Shown one piece after another: positions 41,696-55,900 of a stretch of 64,000 bases of DNA. Each line of letters begins with the position of its first letter. Position 1 is the first letter of the stretch. The notes beneath the pieces were generated by a model. It saw nothing but the letters and a program-made list of their open reading frames with translations, was not told where the DNA came from and made no database searches. The DNA is from the human T2T-CHM13v2.0 reference genome, Homo sapiens, in NCBI RefSeq assembly GCF_009914755.1, contig NC_060927.1, one strand, 5' to 3'. The translations under genes were made by a program, and so were the position numbers.

Positions 41696-44600
41696 AACTT
41701 CAGAACAGAGCTTGAAAAGAAAGAGGAAACAGAATGTGAAAAAACACATACTTTAAAAATGTCTAATCTTGTATAATTTTGCTTTCTTTATCAAAATTAT
41801 ATGTAATGTTAAACATTTAAAAATTGAAATTTCATATATTGAGTACATAAGAGGATAAAATGGCTAATATTAAGATAATTATTAAGCATATTTAAGTAGA
41901 TTTTCTCCCATATTTTTCAATAATAAAGACAAAACAGACCTTATTTCCTTGGGGGAAAATATACTTCATTCCCAGATTCAGTATTTTTTTTAATAAAATT
42001 TGTCCAACCATAATAGAGAAGTAAATAATAGAATATTTTAATTTGATTTTTATATATTATTGAATATAATCCTATAGCTATTGCAAGACGTTTGCATAGG
42101 TAAAAATTGCTAAAGTATTTTTTTAAGAAATCAATAATTTAGCTAAAGATTATTAAAGACCACTTCAAAAATCACTAAAATTATGTTTATATAAAGTGTA
42201 ATTGAATTCATTTGTATAACAATTGTAAACTTAAGTTTTTGAAACAATATGATATAAAGTGGAAATATAAAATCAAGTGTGTTAGTGAATATGATATTCA
42301 TAGTAAATATTGCAAGTGAGAAAACTATTTATTAAAATTTAAGATAAAATTTTTAATAACCACTGTCATCTTATCTTTTTCTTTCAAAATCATCTGAAAT
42401 TTTGAATTTTCAAATATATTTTTGTGTTAACAAAATTTAATTTATCATATAAGACTAAAACTCTTTAGACAAACATATGGAATCGTGAGCTATTTATTTA
42501 TAGTTTAAAATGTAAATTAAGGTAAATTAAAATTAACCATAGATGTCAAAATGTGACCATGTCTACCAAGGTTATCTAGACTTAACTTGAGTCACTGTTA
42601 AGGACAATAAACATAAGTGAATAGATTTTTGTTTCTCTTTTTCTCATGTCCTTTTTTCCCATAAAATATATGTATTAATGAGAACTTTAATTTGCAGAAT
42701 AATTACATAAATAATTTTTTACCTACTTCTAAATAAATTTCTTTACTATTTGTCATTATTTTTTAATTAATCTTGAAATGGTTCTCATTCTTTATTCTTT
42801 TCACATTAAACCCCTAAAGCAAAGCTTCTCTTAGCAGAAACACACCACTTACTATAGAGTATTTTGAGTGATGCTAACACAAAAGTCAGCACTACCCCAG
42901 GCATATTTAAGCCTTCAAACTAAACCATTGGTTTCATTTATTTTTTCCTCTGTGCCATTTAAAGGGAAATCACAGCATTTGAAAAATTTTATCCACTTTT
43001 CAATCTCTTATCTCATCTTTTTATTTCCTTCTATTATAACTCTTCTGTAGTCTTGATTACACCTTTTATACTTCTCTTTCAGGGGAAATAGCAAGCTACT
43101 GAAAAGAGTAATTCCATTAAAAAATAGCAAAGCATCTCATTAAAAACAGACAGTTATGCAAGTGAAAGAAAAGAGAAAAAATAGAGACAGCTGCATTTCA
43201 ATTATCATTTTAATATAATCTTTTCTTATTCACTTTGAGCTACATAAGTATCAAGCACGGACTGTTTTTTTAACATGTATTTTATAGTGTGTTCAATTTT
43301 TTCTTGTTGCTAAATTATTTATGCTCTCACAAACCTATCATGATGTTTACCAAAACTGTATCTAGTAGTCATTATTGAATTTCACCAAATATTTTTTCCT
43401 TTGCTGTAACGTCACATTGCATTTCTCTGCTTGATTCCCTTGAGTGGCAACATTATTTCAACTCTGCTTCTGTGAAGTCAACATTTTGTAGTTTCCACAT
43501 ATGACTGAGAACACGCAGTATTTATCTTTCTGAGTATGGTTTATTTCACTTAACATAATGTCCTCCAGGCTCATCCATATTGCTGCAAATGACAGGATTT
43601 CATTCTTATATGCTGAATTGTGTATATATACCACATTTTCTTTATCCATTTACCTGTTGATAGGCACTTAGGTTGATATCATATCTTGACTACTGTGAAA
43701 AGTGCTGCAATAAACATGAGGATACAGATATCACTTTGACATACTGATTTCCATTCCTTTTGATATATACCCAATGGTGGTATTACTGAATCATATGATA
43801 GTTTTATTTTTAGTTTTGTTAGGAATCTCTATACGGTTTTCCATAATTACTATACTAATTTTTACTCTTATCAGCAGTGTATAGAAGGGCCCCTTTCTCC
43901 ACATCTTTACCAGCATCTGTTATTTTTTCTCTTTTTGGTAATAGCCATTCTAACTGTGGTTAGATGATATCCCATTGTGCTTTTGATTTGCATTTCCCTG
44001 ATAATTAATTAGTGATGTTGAGCAATTTTTCATGTACTTATTGGCCATTTGTATGTCTCAGTTTCAGAAATGTTTATTCAGGTCACTTGTCCATTTGTAA
44101 TTAGATTATTATATTTTGCTCTTGAGTTACTTTTATATTTTGAGTTCCTTGTATATATATATAATTTCATTTATCAATTTTTGTTTATGTTGCCTATGCT
44201 TTTGAAATATTTTCCATAAAATCTTTGCCCAGACCAATATCCTCAAGTGTTCCTCCTAAGTTGTTTTTAGTAGTTTAGTAGTTTTTGGTCTTATAATTAA
44301 GTCTCTAATCTATTTTGAGTTGATTTTTGTATATAATAAGAGATAGGGGTCTAATGTCATTCTTCTGCATATGGATATCCAGTTTTCCTAACACCATGTA
44401 TTGAAGAGGTTGTCCTTCCCCTAATGAATGTTTATGTTGCCTTTGCTGAAAATCAATTGGCTGTAAATATATGGATTTATATCTGGATTTTTTATTCTGT
44501 TCCATTGATCTATGTCTGTATTTATGTCAGTACTGTGCTGTTTTTAACTATAGCTTTGTAGTATATTTTGAAGTCAGGTAATGTGATGCCTCCAGTTTTG

Positions 44601-45716
44601 CTCTTTTTGTTTAGTTTGCTTTGGCTAGTCAGGAGCCTTAATGGTCCCATACAAATTTTAGGATTATTGTTTCTATTTCTGTGAGAATGTCATTGACATT
44701 TTGATAGGAACTGCATTGAATCTGCAGATTGCTTTGGGTAATATAGTCATTTTAACAATATTAATTCTAGTAACCCATGAATCACATAAAATGCCTTTCC
44801 ATTTGTTAGTGTCTTTTAAAATTTATATCATCACTGTTTCATAGTTTTTCATGTAGAGATCTTTTACCTCCTTGCTTAAATTTATTCCCACATTTATTTT
44901 ATAGCTATTGTTAATGGGGTTGCTTTTGTTATTGCTTTTAACGCTGTTTGATGTTGGCATATAGAAACACGAATGATTTTTCTACGTTGATACTGTATTC
45001 TGCAACTTTACAGAATTATTAGCTCTAAGAGTTTTTCTGTGAAGTCTTTCGGTTTTTTAATACATAAGATTATGTCATTTGCAAACAACGACAATATGGC
45101 TTTCTCTTTTCAAATTTGAATTCCCTTTATTTTGTTCTCTTTCTGAATTGCTCTGATGAGAATTGCAAGTACTGAGTCTAATAAGAGGGGGAAGAGTGGG
45201 CATTTTTGTCGTACTCTAGTTCTTAGAGAAAAAGATTTCAGCTTTTTTTCATTCAGTACAATATTAGCTGTGAGTTTGTCAAATGTGGCCTTTATCGTTG
45301 AGGTGTGTTCCTTCTGCCTGCACCTAATTTGGTGAGAGTTCTTATCATGAAGCATTGATGAAATGTATCAAATGCTTTTTCTGCATCTATTAAGATAATC
45401 ATATGGTTTTTAACTTCATTCTGTTGATATATTATGTGTGTTGATTTGCATATGTTGGATTCTCCTTGCATTCCTGAGATGAATCCCACTTGATTATGGT
45501 GTATAATCTTTTTGATGTACTGCTACATTTGGTTGGCTAGTATTTTGTTTAGGAGTTTTGCATCTATTTATCAGAGATATTGGCCTATAGTTTTCTTTTT
45601 TGTGTTGTGACCTTATCTGTTTTTGGTATCAAGATAATGCTGGATTCATAGAACGAATTTGAAATAATTTTATCTTTTCAATTTTTTGAATAGTTTGAGA
45701 AAAATTGGCTTCCAAG

Positions 45717-45863
45717 TTGATTGATTGATTGATTGATTGATTTATAGACATGGGGTTTTACTATGTTTGCCAGGCTGGTCTCAAACTCCTGGCCTCAAGT
45801 GGTCTGTCTGCCTTGGTCTCCCCAGAGTGCTGGGATTACAGGCATGCTTCATCACACTCGGCC
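45717..45863 (-). mobile_element. FLAM/Alu left monomer with (TCAA)n tail
   Basis: Single monomer: gacatggggttttactatg...tcacactcggcc. Confidence 0.85.
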
Positions 45864-46606
45864 TAAGCAACCAGACTTCTCAATTTTCCTTAATACTTTG
45901 ATAGAATTAATCAGTGGAAGCCATCAGAAGATTATTGTTTAATTTTTATGTATTTGTGCAGCTTTAAATGTTCCTCTTGTTATTGACTTCTAGTTTTATT
46001 TCATTACACATAATATGATTTTTATTTTTAAAACATTTGTTGGAAACTTGTTTTGTGGCTTTATATATGGTCAATGCTGAAGAATGTTCTATGCAGTGAT
46101 AAGAACATGTATTCTGTAGCTGTTGGATGAAAGGTTCTTCAAATGTCTGTCAGGTCAATTTGGTCTATAGTGCAGTTTAAATCCAATGATTTTATTTTCT
46201 TCATTTTCTGTCTGGATAATCTGTCCAATGCGGAGGGTTGGGTGTTGAAGTTCCCAACTATTATTGTATTGAATTCTCTCTCTTCTTTTAGATCTAATAT
46301 TATTTCATTTATATATCTAGGTGTTCAGGAATTGGGTGTATATATTTATAATTAATAAATTCTCAACTGACCCCGTTATCATTATATATTCATATTATTT
46401 GTCCCTTTTTATACTTTTTGTCTTAAAGTTTGTTTTATCTGATATAAGTATAATTATTCCTGCTTGCATTTGGTTTTCTTTGTGTGAAATAACTTATTTC
46501 ACCTTTTCATTTTTAGTCTATTGTGTCTTTACATGTAAAGTATATTTCATAGTCAGTGTATAGTTGGATCTTATTTTTCATTCAGTTAGTCAGTCTACAA
46601 CTTTCA

Positions 46607-47651
46607 TTATTTATTTCGATTTTTTTCATTTTTTAAAAGAGCTAGAGTCTTGCTCTGTCACCTAGCCTGGAGTGTAGTGGCGTGATCACAGCTCACTGTA
46701 ACCTTGAACTCCTGGGCTCAAGCAATCCTCTTACCTCAGCCTCCTTAGTAATTCAAACTATAGGTGTGTACCAATATGCCTGATTATTATTATTTTTTTA
46801 TTATACTTTAAGTTCTATGGTACATGTGCACAACATGCAGGTTTGTTACATATGTATACATGTGCCATGTTGGTGTGCTGCACCCATTAACTCATCATTT
46901 ACATTAGGTGTTATCTCCTAATTCTATCCCTCCCCCTTCCCTCCACCCCACAACAGGCCCCAGTGTGTGATGTTCCCCACCCTGTGTCCAAGTGTTCTCA
47001 TTGTTCAGTTCCCACCTATGAGTGAGAGCATGCAGTGTTTGGTTTTCTGTCCTTGCGATAGTTTGCTCAGAATGATGATTTCCAGCTTCATCCATGTCCC
47101 ACAAATGATATGAACTCATCCTTTTTTATGGCTGCATAGTATTCCATGGTGTATATGTGCCACATTTTCTTAATCCAGTCTATCATTGATGGACATTTGG
47201 GTTGGTTCCAAGTCTTTGCTATTGTGAATAGTGCCGCAATAAACATACGTGTGCATGTGTCTTTATAGCAGCATGATTTATAACCCTTTGGGTATATACC
47301 CTGTAATGGGATGGCTGGGTCAAATGGTATTTCTAGTTCTAGATCCTTGAGGAATCACCACACCGTCTTCCACAATGGTTGAACTAGTTTACAGTCCCAC
47401 CAACTGTGTAAAAGCATTCCCATTTCTCCACATCCTCTCCAGCAACTGTTGTTTCTTGACTTTTTAATGATTGCCATTCTAACTGGTGTGAGATCGTAAC
47501 TCATTGTGGTTTTGTTATGTGTTTCTCTGATGGCCAGTGATGAGGAGTATTTTTTCATGTGTCTGTTGGATTTCTTAAAATTATTTGTAGAGAGGAAGTC
47601 TAACTAAATTGCCCATACTAGGATTACAGGCATGAGGCACCATGTCCAACC
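46607..47651 (-). mobile_element. AluJ split by an L1PA insertion
   Basis: Right arm ~46607-46782; deleted left arm ~47570-47651; TSD tacaactttca/tataactttca. Confidence 0.8.
46783..47568 (-). mobile_element. 5'-truncated L1PA5/6-type element (~790 bp)
   Basis: ttatactttaagttct...cccattaactcatcatttacattagg; ORF2 C-terminal CCHC remnant. Confidence 0.92.
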
Positions 47652-48446
47652 TATAACTTTCAATTGGGGAATTTAATTCATTTACAGTCAAGGTTATGAT
47701 AGGTGAAGAGTTAATCCTGTCATTTGGTTAATTGTTTTCTGCTTGTTTCATATATGATTATTTCTTTCTTCCTCTCTTATTGCTTATCTTTGTAGTTTGG
47801 TAGAGTTTTGTAGTGATGAGGTTTGATTCCTTTCTCTTTCAAATGTGTATTTCTCCTTTCTGTGTGAGTTTTATGCTATTGCATCTCTTTATGGTGGCAG
47901 TTACTGTCTTTTGTTTCTAGATGTAGGCCCCTCTTAAATATTTCTGGTACAGTCAGTCTAGTGGTGGTGAATTCCCTCAGGTTTCACTTGTCTGGGAAAT
48001 ACTTTATTTCTCTCTCATTTCTGAAATTTGGTTTTACTGTTCATAGTATTGTTGTCAGACAGTTTTTCTTTCGCTTTTTAAATATATCCTATTCTCTCAT
48101 GGCCTGTAAGCCTTCTGTTGAGAATTCTGCTGTTAGTGTAATGGGAGTTCCTTTAAATGTGACTTGATGCTTTTATCCTGTTCCTTTTAGAGTTCTTTTT
48201 CTTTCACTTCTGAAAATTTGAATATAATGTACCTCAGAGCAGCTTTTTGGGTTATATCTATTTAGGAACCTTTGAGCTTCCTTGGTCTGGACATCTGTAG
48301 ATCTCCCAAGACATAAGAAGTCTTTAGCTCTTACTTTATTAGGTAGGTTGTCTATGCCTTTTCCAATCGCTTTTCCTTCTAAAACTTCCATAATGTAAAA
48401 ATGCATGGGCTTAATTATGTCCCATAAGTTCTGTGGTCTTTTTTTC

Positions 48447-48447
<1 letters not shown>

Positions 48448-48491
<44 letters not shown>
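48448..48491. repeat. (TG)22 microsatellite
   Basis: Seen directly. Confidence 0.97.
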
Positions 48492-48495
<4 letters not shown>

Positions 48496-51400
48496 TTCCT
48501 GGATTCTTTCAAAAGACCTGGCCTCAAATTCAGAAATTATTTCTTCTGCTTCATCTATTCTGTTGTTGAATATCTTGATCATTTTTAATTTCATTAATTG
48601 AATTATTCTTGTTTCTTTTTTATTACATTTCTTTGGTAAAATTTCCATTCAGATCATGAATTGCTTTATTGATTTTATTAAATTGCCTGTCTGTATTTCC
48701 TTGTATTTTACTGAGTTTCCTTAAGATCATTATTTTGAATACCTTTTCCTGCAATTTGCAGAATTCCTTTTTAGGGATGTTTATTTATGTAGAATTACTG
48801 TGTTCCTTTGGTGTTGCCATTATCCTTGCTTTCTCATGTTTCTTGTGTCCTACGGTAATGTGTGTGCATCTGGTGGAAGAATCACCTATTCTAAACTTTA
48901 TAGAGCGTCTCTAGTAGATACAAACTTTCACCTGCTGATTGGTCTTAATTGCCGTTTGGGAAGAATGTGGTGACTGTGGTTCCAAGAGATACAGTGGTAT
49001 AGACTCTGTGTAGCTTCTTTAGCAGCAATAAATGTCAGCTATGACAGTGGGTTAATTAGTGGCCTAGGCTGTAGAAGTTTTTGATATTGACAGGGTAAGT
49101 TTAGGTTGCTAGGATTCTTGTTTGAAAGGGATTTAAGGGTCCTCTTATTCTTATTTTCCCCACAATGATGATATTTAGCCAAGAGGTTCCCACTTTATGT
49201 TGGGTGTGACGTGGCTTACAAGCAGTTGTAGTGGCTCTGGTTCCAGGTACAAGTGTTTATAGTGGGTGTAAAGCTGAGGTCCTCCGCTCAGTGTGTCATA
49301 AATTAATTTTGGCATCTTGGCCTTGGGGTTCAGGTTCACTATTTGTGGCAGGGTTGGATGTGAATTGTTTACAGAGCCAGGACCTGTAATACTGACATAC
49401 TCCTTAGCAGCTTGGTCAGCAGGGACTAAGTTCTAGCTATGACTCTGATACTGGGTAGCAGGGGTACAGCACTGGGACAGCTCCAAGGAAGAAAGGGTAC
49501 TCTGGAGGTTTGCACCTGAGGAACAGAGTTGGCTGTAGTTTGGACCCAGAGTCAAAAGAGCTCAGTAGCACCTTGTGTCTCAGAGGTATTGTGTGGTGGT
49601 GACTCTGGACCCTGGGACTGTGGAACTCTGCACTATGCCAGGCTGTGAGGACAAAGCAGCAGTAGAATGGCTGAACACAGCTATTATATGGCTGTTTGAG
49701 GGGCAGGGAACAACACAGTAATGACTCTACTCTCCGTGGAAGAAGGTGTCTTAGCAACTCAGACTCTTGGGGGATAGTTCAGCTCAAGGGAAGCAGAGTA
49801 CTGGAACTGTCTGACCTATAGAGTTGAGTGTCTCAGCTCAACCACTGCTCTGCTTCTTTGGCACACGAAGTCACAAGTCAGTCAGCCTAGGGATGTGCAG
49901 CTGCTTGGCTTAGCCAAGGCAATGATTCCCCTAGAGGCAATGCATTGCTTCAGCTGAGGCCTGGTGTTGGGGGCAGTGTGTCTGCTCTGAGCGGGCATAA
50001 TGCCATTTAAGCTTAGGTATGGGTTGGGTGGCTGATCTAGATGGCCAAGACACTGTTTCCCAGGAGGCAGGCCACTGCTTTAACTTAGGCTTGGGCTTCA
50101 GGGGATGCATAAATGCCCTGGGCATCCAAGGTACTGTTTTCTCGAGAGGCAGGTTACCAGTTGAGTTCAGGTACAGGGAGGTATGGTTCCTTTGGATGGA
50201 CAAAGCACCATTTTCCTGGGATGCAGAATGCTGCTTCAGCTCTGGTTGGGGGGCCAGGGAGCAACAATGACTGGGAGGGGTAGATAAAGTGATTTCACCA
50301 AGGTACCATTTCCTTGGGAGGTAGTATGTAGCTTTGGCTTAGGCTCTAAGGTGCCGGGTGCGGCTGTATCTGAGAGTGGTAGATGGGGTGGCTTTACCAA
50401 GGCACTATTTCGCCAGGATGGAGTACACAGCTTTAGCTTGGGACCCCAAGGACAGGGCTCAGCAGCGACTGGGAAAGGTACATGGTACAGCAGCTCAGCT
50501 CCGGGAGATGGAGCCACTGGTCAAGGGTGGTTCTGCAGTGGCTAAGCCTCAAGGATGGAAAGGTGATGTGGCCACTCACTCCTAGAGCAGAATAAACTCC
50601 AAGACTAGTTTCAGTTCCAAAATGACATAGCATCACATCCATGCAGGCCACAGGAGCTGGAGCATCCTGTGAGCTCCTCCTCTGGGGAGACCATAGCTTT
50701 CTGAATTTCAGACAGCTCTCTCAGCTGGGCTTAGCACCTCTGAGGACTGCGGGAGTCCTAGTGGTGAGGAATGTAGCTGTCCAAGCTGCTGATGGACCTG
50801 TTGGGAATCTTCTTGGTTACTTTTTCCCTGTTGGGAGAAGCAATTTCTGGCTCAGAGCTTATCCTGTCTATGGAGTAGGGTGATGGAGGCCAGGTGTTTT
50901 TTTCTATCTTTTTTTTTTTTTCTCCATTTTCTATGAGACTCTCCTGGGTTTCTGTGGCCTACAGGGCTTCTGCTACTTCATTGATGTACTCCTCCACTCT
51001 CCTTTAGTTATTTGCATCAAAAAGTAGTTGTCTATTTGTAGTTTAGGTTGCATTTGTGGGAAAGATGAGTACTAAGGGCTTTTAGTCAGCCATCTTGCTG
51101 ACTAGTCAAATTTTACATCAAATGTTTTAAGGTCTTTAAACATATCTAGGTCTTATTCAGACTAATCTTAATTTACTGACGGTTCAGAAAACTTAGTATT
51201 TTCACTGATGTCACTTTTTCTAATGTAGACACCTTTCATCAATATAAAATACCTTCTTTAATAAATCCAATTCTCCTTTTTGGAAGTTTCTATCCACTGA
51301 TCCTGTTTTTATTTATTTTGTCTATGTAGAACAAGTACAACACTATCTGCTTATATTAAACCCTTTAAATGTCAAATACTTGAAGAAACCAAATGGATTT

Positions 51401-52159
51401 AAGTGGTTTTTGTGGTAACTCTGCTGAATTTATTCTATTTTCCTCTGTCTATTTTTAAATGATGCTAACTGGAATACTACAAACAAGTCTTATTAGTTTC
51501 TAAATTCCTAAAGGCTTGTTTCCAATAATGCAATCTAATTTCCGTAAAGTATTTTTGTAACCATTTTAAATATAAGGCATATTAAATTGCAAACCTTAAT
51601 TGTGCTTATTGTCTTCTAACATTCTTATTTTTTTTTAATTCTCCTAATTAAATCTTGCCTCCCTCATCCCTTGTCTTTGTAAATTTTCTTTGTGGCTCTC
51701 AGCTACATATTCCAATTAATTTAATTATTTTAGGTTTGATCTGCAATTTCACATTCTTAATGAAGCTTTGGAATATGATTCTGTCAGAGATTCTTTTAGC
51801 AATATATGTTAACACTCCAAATGATATCTCTCCAAGTTTATTAAGGCTACATTCTGAATTTACATTGATGTATTGATAAAAAGGTAGAACAGAACAGATC
51901 AGGACCTCCAAAAAATGCACTCTAATGTAACACCAGTTTTATTACAAAGATTGACAAATCCTGAATGTTATGAGTAATTCACATAAATATTCTAGTTTCC
52001 ACCCTATTTTGATGGTATTTGCCTCCCTAAATCCCAAAGGGAACCTTGTCACAATAGCTTTCCAAGGGAAGCGAAACAGATTTAATAATTTTGTTTGAGC
52101 ACGTTGAAGATTAAAAGCAAATTTCGTGAGTACAAAGCATGGAAAAAGGCTAAGAGAGG

Positions 52160-52312
52160 GAATGCAAAGTGTTCTCACCACAAAAATGACAACTATTTGA
52201 GATGATGCATGTTAATTAACTAGATTTAATCACTCCACAATGTATATATACTTCAAAATAATATGTTGTACATGGTAAATACAATTTATCTGTCAATTAA
52301 AGGCAAATAAGA
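52160..52312 (+). mobile_element. L1MA 3'-terminal fragment
   Basis: gttctcaccacaaaaatg...ccacaatgtatatatacttcaaaa...tgtcaattaaa. Confidence 0.8.
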
Positions 52313-52595
52313 TATTTCAATTAAACAATTAAAAAGGCAAATTTCCTACATTTGAGTTTATTTAATGTGATCAGAAACAGCAAAGGCAAGGTCTAGGACA
52401 TAGGAGATGTTAAGAGTCATTACTTTCTTGGGTAAACAAATTAATGGATAAGTTACTCAGAGAAAGGTGAAATATGTAAAAGAAGACATCTAGAGTATGA
52501 GTAAAAAACACTCAAAATTAGGAACAGTTAGTTAATAAAACTTATTTGGCACCTGATGTATGCCAAAAATCATTGCTGAATTAGTAGGTAAATGA

Positions 52596-52915
<320 letters not shown>

Positions 52916-55900
52916 GCTCTTTCATTCTTTTACGAGTGACAGAAAGTTCTCTTCAGTGGAAACTCAATCATGCAGGTAAGATACAAACAGCTCTTTGGAT
53001 ATACAGGTCTATATCTGAAGTATTTATATTTAAAAAAAAAAAAGTAAAATCTTACAGTCTGGCATCTTCCCTGTATCCAAAATTAATGAAATTTTGTAAT
53101 ACCCTTCATCACTCTTAAAGTGACTATTTTTAAGCTTATTTTCTTGTGTCTGTCTGAAAAATTTTTTGCCCTTAGGAATTTATAAGTCATTCTGCTTATT
53201 AAATTTTCAGAATGATAAGTGTAAATCTGGATCAAGTATTATCAATTCAATCAATCCGACATAGTCAAAATAAAATGTTTAACAAAAATTCTCTATAATT
53301 CTATTGTACTTTTAACTTATTTGCTCTCCACACTCTCAACTCTCCCTAAACCGTATAGATTTTACTTTATTTTATTCCACAGTCCCCTCATAACTTTGTC
53401 TTTAATAAATATTTTATTTTTTAGTTATTAATTTTTTAACAAAATATAATTTGCATACTGGGGAGAAAAAGTGATCAACACAACCCCTGTTGGATTATAT
53501 TTAAGGAGCTAGTTTTTTATAAGGGGAGAAAAAACATGCAAACCATAAGCTATGCAAGCCATTTAAAGTAAATATTTATTTCTTGAGGATGCTTACCTTT
53601 AAAATATAAAAGTTTTAATTATTTTCTAGTCACTTCATCATTGACTAGTATGTAACATTGGGATGGACACAATAGAAGTAAATGAAAATTTCAAGGGAAA
53701 GTTGCCTGTTTTGGAGAGTATGCTTCGTTTATAAATGGTGATATTAATTTGTGAAAGTGTTCATTATTTTCATGGAAAGTTCTTATTATGTTTAAAATTG
53801 ATAAAGTAGTAATATTTACTGTAAAATCCTTTTTATGTTGAACAAAAAGCCAGTGGAAAACTCATAGAGGAGCCATTGAACATTTAATGTCTTTACATTC
53901 TTCATGATCCAAGGCTATGCAATTTTCTATAGAAAGGAGGAAGAGAAATTTAATACATCTTACACACCTAACATTGTTTTTCTCTACATGAGCCTAAGAT
54001 ACATGGCTGAGTCTATTTAAAATTTAAAATTGACTGAGTTGAACTGGCAGCCAAAAATATTTCTGTTCTTATATTATCATTTTAAAACAATTTAATGCCT
54101 TGCAGCAGATCTTACATATTTAATTTAAATTTAATTCAGCTTGTTTGGGAAGGGGGATTAAAAGTCAGATATACAATGGCATTTTTTGGCAAGTATATAG
54201 ATCCAATATAAGCAAGATTTTTATTATTATTAAAAAATGAACTATCAAAAATACTCATTTAAGAAATTTTTAATATCAGTAAGGAAGTGAATGCTGAATG
54301 GAGTCTAAATTATAACAGGTAGAACAGTAAAAATGACTTGCTTTTATTTAAATTTATTTCTAAAATTATTCCTCTCCCTTATGAATATTCCCCTCCATTC
54401 AAAGCAAGTTCTGTATGTGTGCAGAGAAAATGCAATGTTCAATACAGGTCTTTGCTACTATAGTGTAACCACTTCTAAATAGATGTTGTCATTGACATAG
54501 TAAAACATGTTGTTCATCTGATTCTACATGCCAGAGCCCACCACAGTAATGGATCTAACGAAAACAAATGTGTATATTTATTAGAATATCTGCATTCTCC
54601 AAAGCCAATGAGTCCAAGCTGAGTAAAGCATAGTGAAAGCCTTTGTTCTCAATAAAAACAAGGAAAGAGAAACCATTGCTTAAAATCATTGAGAATTAAC
54701 ATCAACAGTAAAATGTCTTATAGAGAGTATGATAGAATGTAATTGAGAAACCCCATAATATATCAACTTTTAAATTGTAAACGTCATCTTTCTGACAAAG
54801 AGTACCTGCCTTCAAGTAATTTCCTCTGTATACGAGACGTGTAATTTGCTTCACTCCATGTTTTCCCACATGTATAAAACCTATGTTTCTGATTGACTCT
54901 GGATGCCCTCAGAACTTTTGAGAAAACTTGCCAAGTTTAGAAGGTTTATGGGGTCAGCCTTCTGCTGATTCACAAGGCTTCCACTAGTAACTTGAGGGGA
55001 CTATGGGGTGCAGGTGACTCTCAGTAAATTGGAGACATTTTCAATCTGAGTCCAATTTCAATTGGACTCATTTTCAATCTGAGTCCATCTACTTTGAAAG
55101 CTTGTGCCTCTTGGGGCGAAAGCAAAGGAAATGCATGTGAATTAATTTCAGATAAGTTTCTATGGTGGCTACTGTAACAAGTAGCAGAGTTAGCTGCAGA
55201 ATACTTTGTTGTCCCTCAAGCACTTTTATTTCTGTCATTTCAGGACTCTTTTTATGTGAATACAGTCATCCCTACTTCAATGGTTTTGACTGATAAAACA
55301 AGCAATAAATTCACAAAACTGAGAAGTCACCATCATCTGCTTAGAAACCTTTTCCGTATTAAAATAAAGCCAAGAGTTTGCGTGAATTTAATTCTCAGCC
55401 AGAGGACCTGAAACTTTTCCTGCGAAATCTCCTGGCATAGAAGGGGTAGCATTCTCCATCTAATAGCAGTTTACTCCTTTCAAATGGTCATTTTCTGACA
55501 AGCCAGGGCCCCCTGGGAAACTGTAATTCTGATGTGTCATTTATAACTTAACCAACAATACACCAAGTCATATATCTTTGCCATGTAAAGCACAGTTCCA
55601 ATTAGTCTTATTCCATGGGTTTATGGTTTGCTGTGTTCTCTAGTATCTCTGATGAATAGGTGCCATCTGTGTTTCTTTATCTGCACCTCGCTGTTAATGG
55701 AGGCAGACAAGGAACTAGCCAGGGTTGAGATTATAAATCAGAAAGTTTCTGAAGTGCTACAGTGGTGGTGTCAGCACAGCCATGACCTCTTTTTCATAAT
55801 GCCCTAATTAGCCACATAATGAGACTGTATACCAAATACACTAAATATATCATGTGTATATCAGCAGAGGCAGAAGGCACTAGGTCATTTTCAAAGAGAC

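Larger units (their letters stand above)
43440..51102 (-). mobile_element. Long old LINE-1 (L1MA/L1M1-2-type): 3'UTR, deleted ORF2, ORF1 and ~2.2-kb 5'UTR
   Basis: ORF remnants [24 protein letters not shown] and ORF1-like NNRIDEAEEIISE; 5' terminus with YY1 motif gccatcttg at 51089-51097. Confidence 0.88.

Noticed and set aside
49437-50883. Cluster of GC-rich ORFs suggesting a gene or CpG island
   Set aside because: Lies within the 5'UTR of the old L1; CpG-depleted; no recognisable protein.
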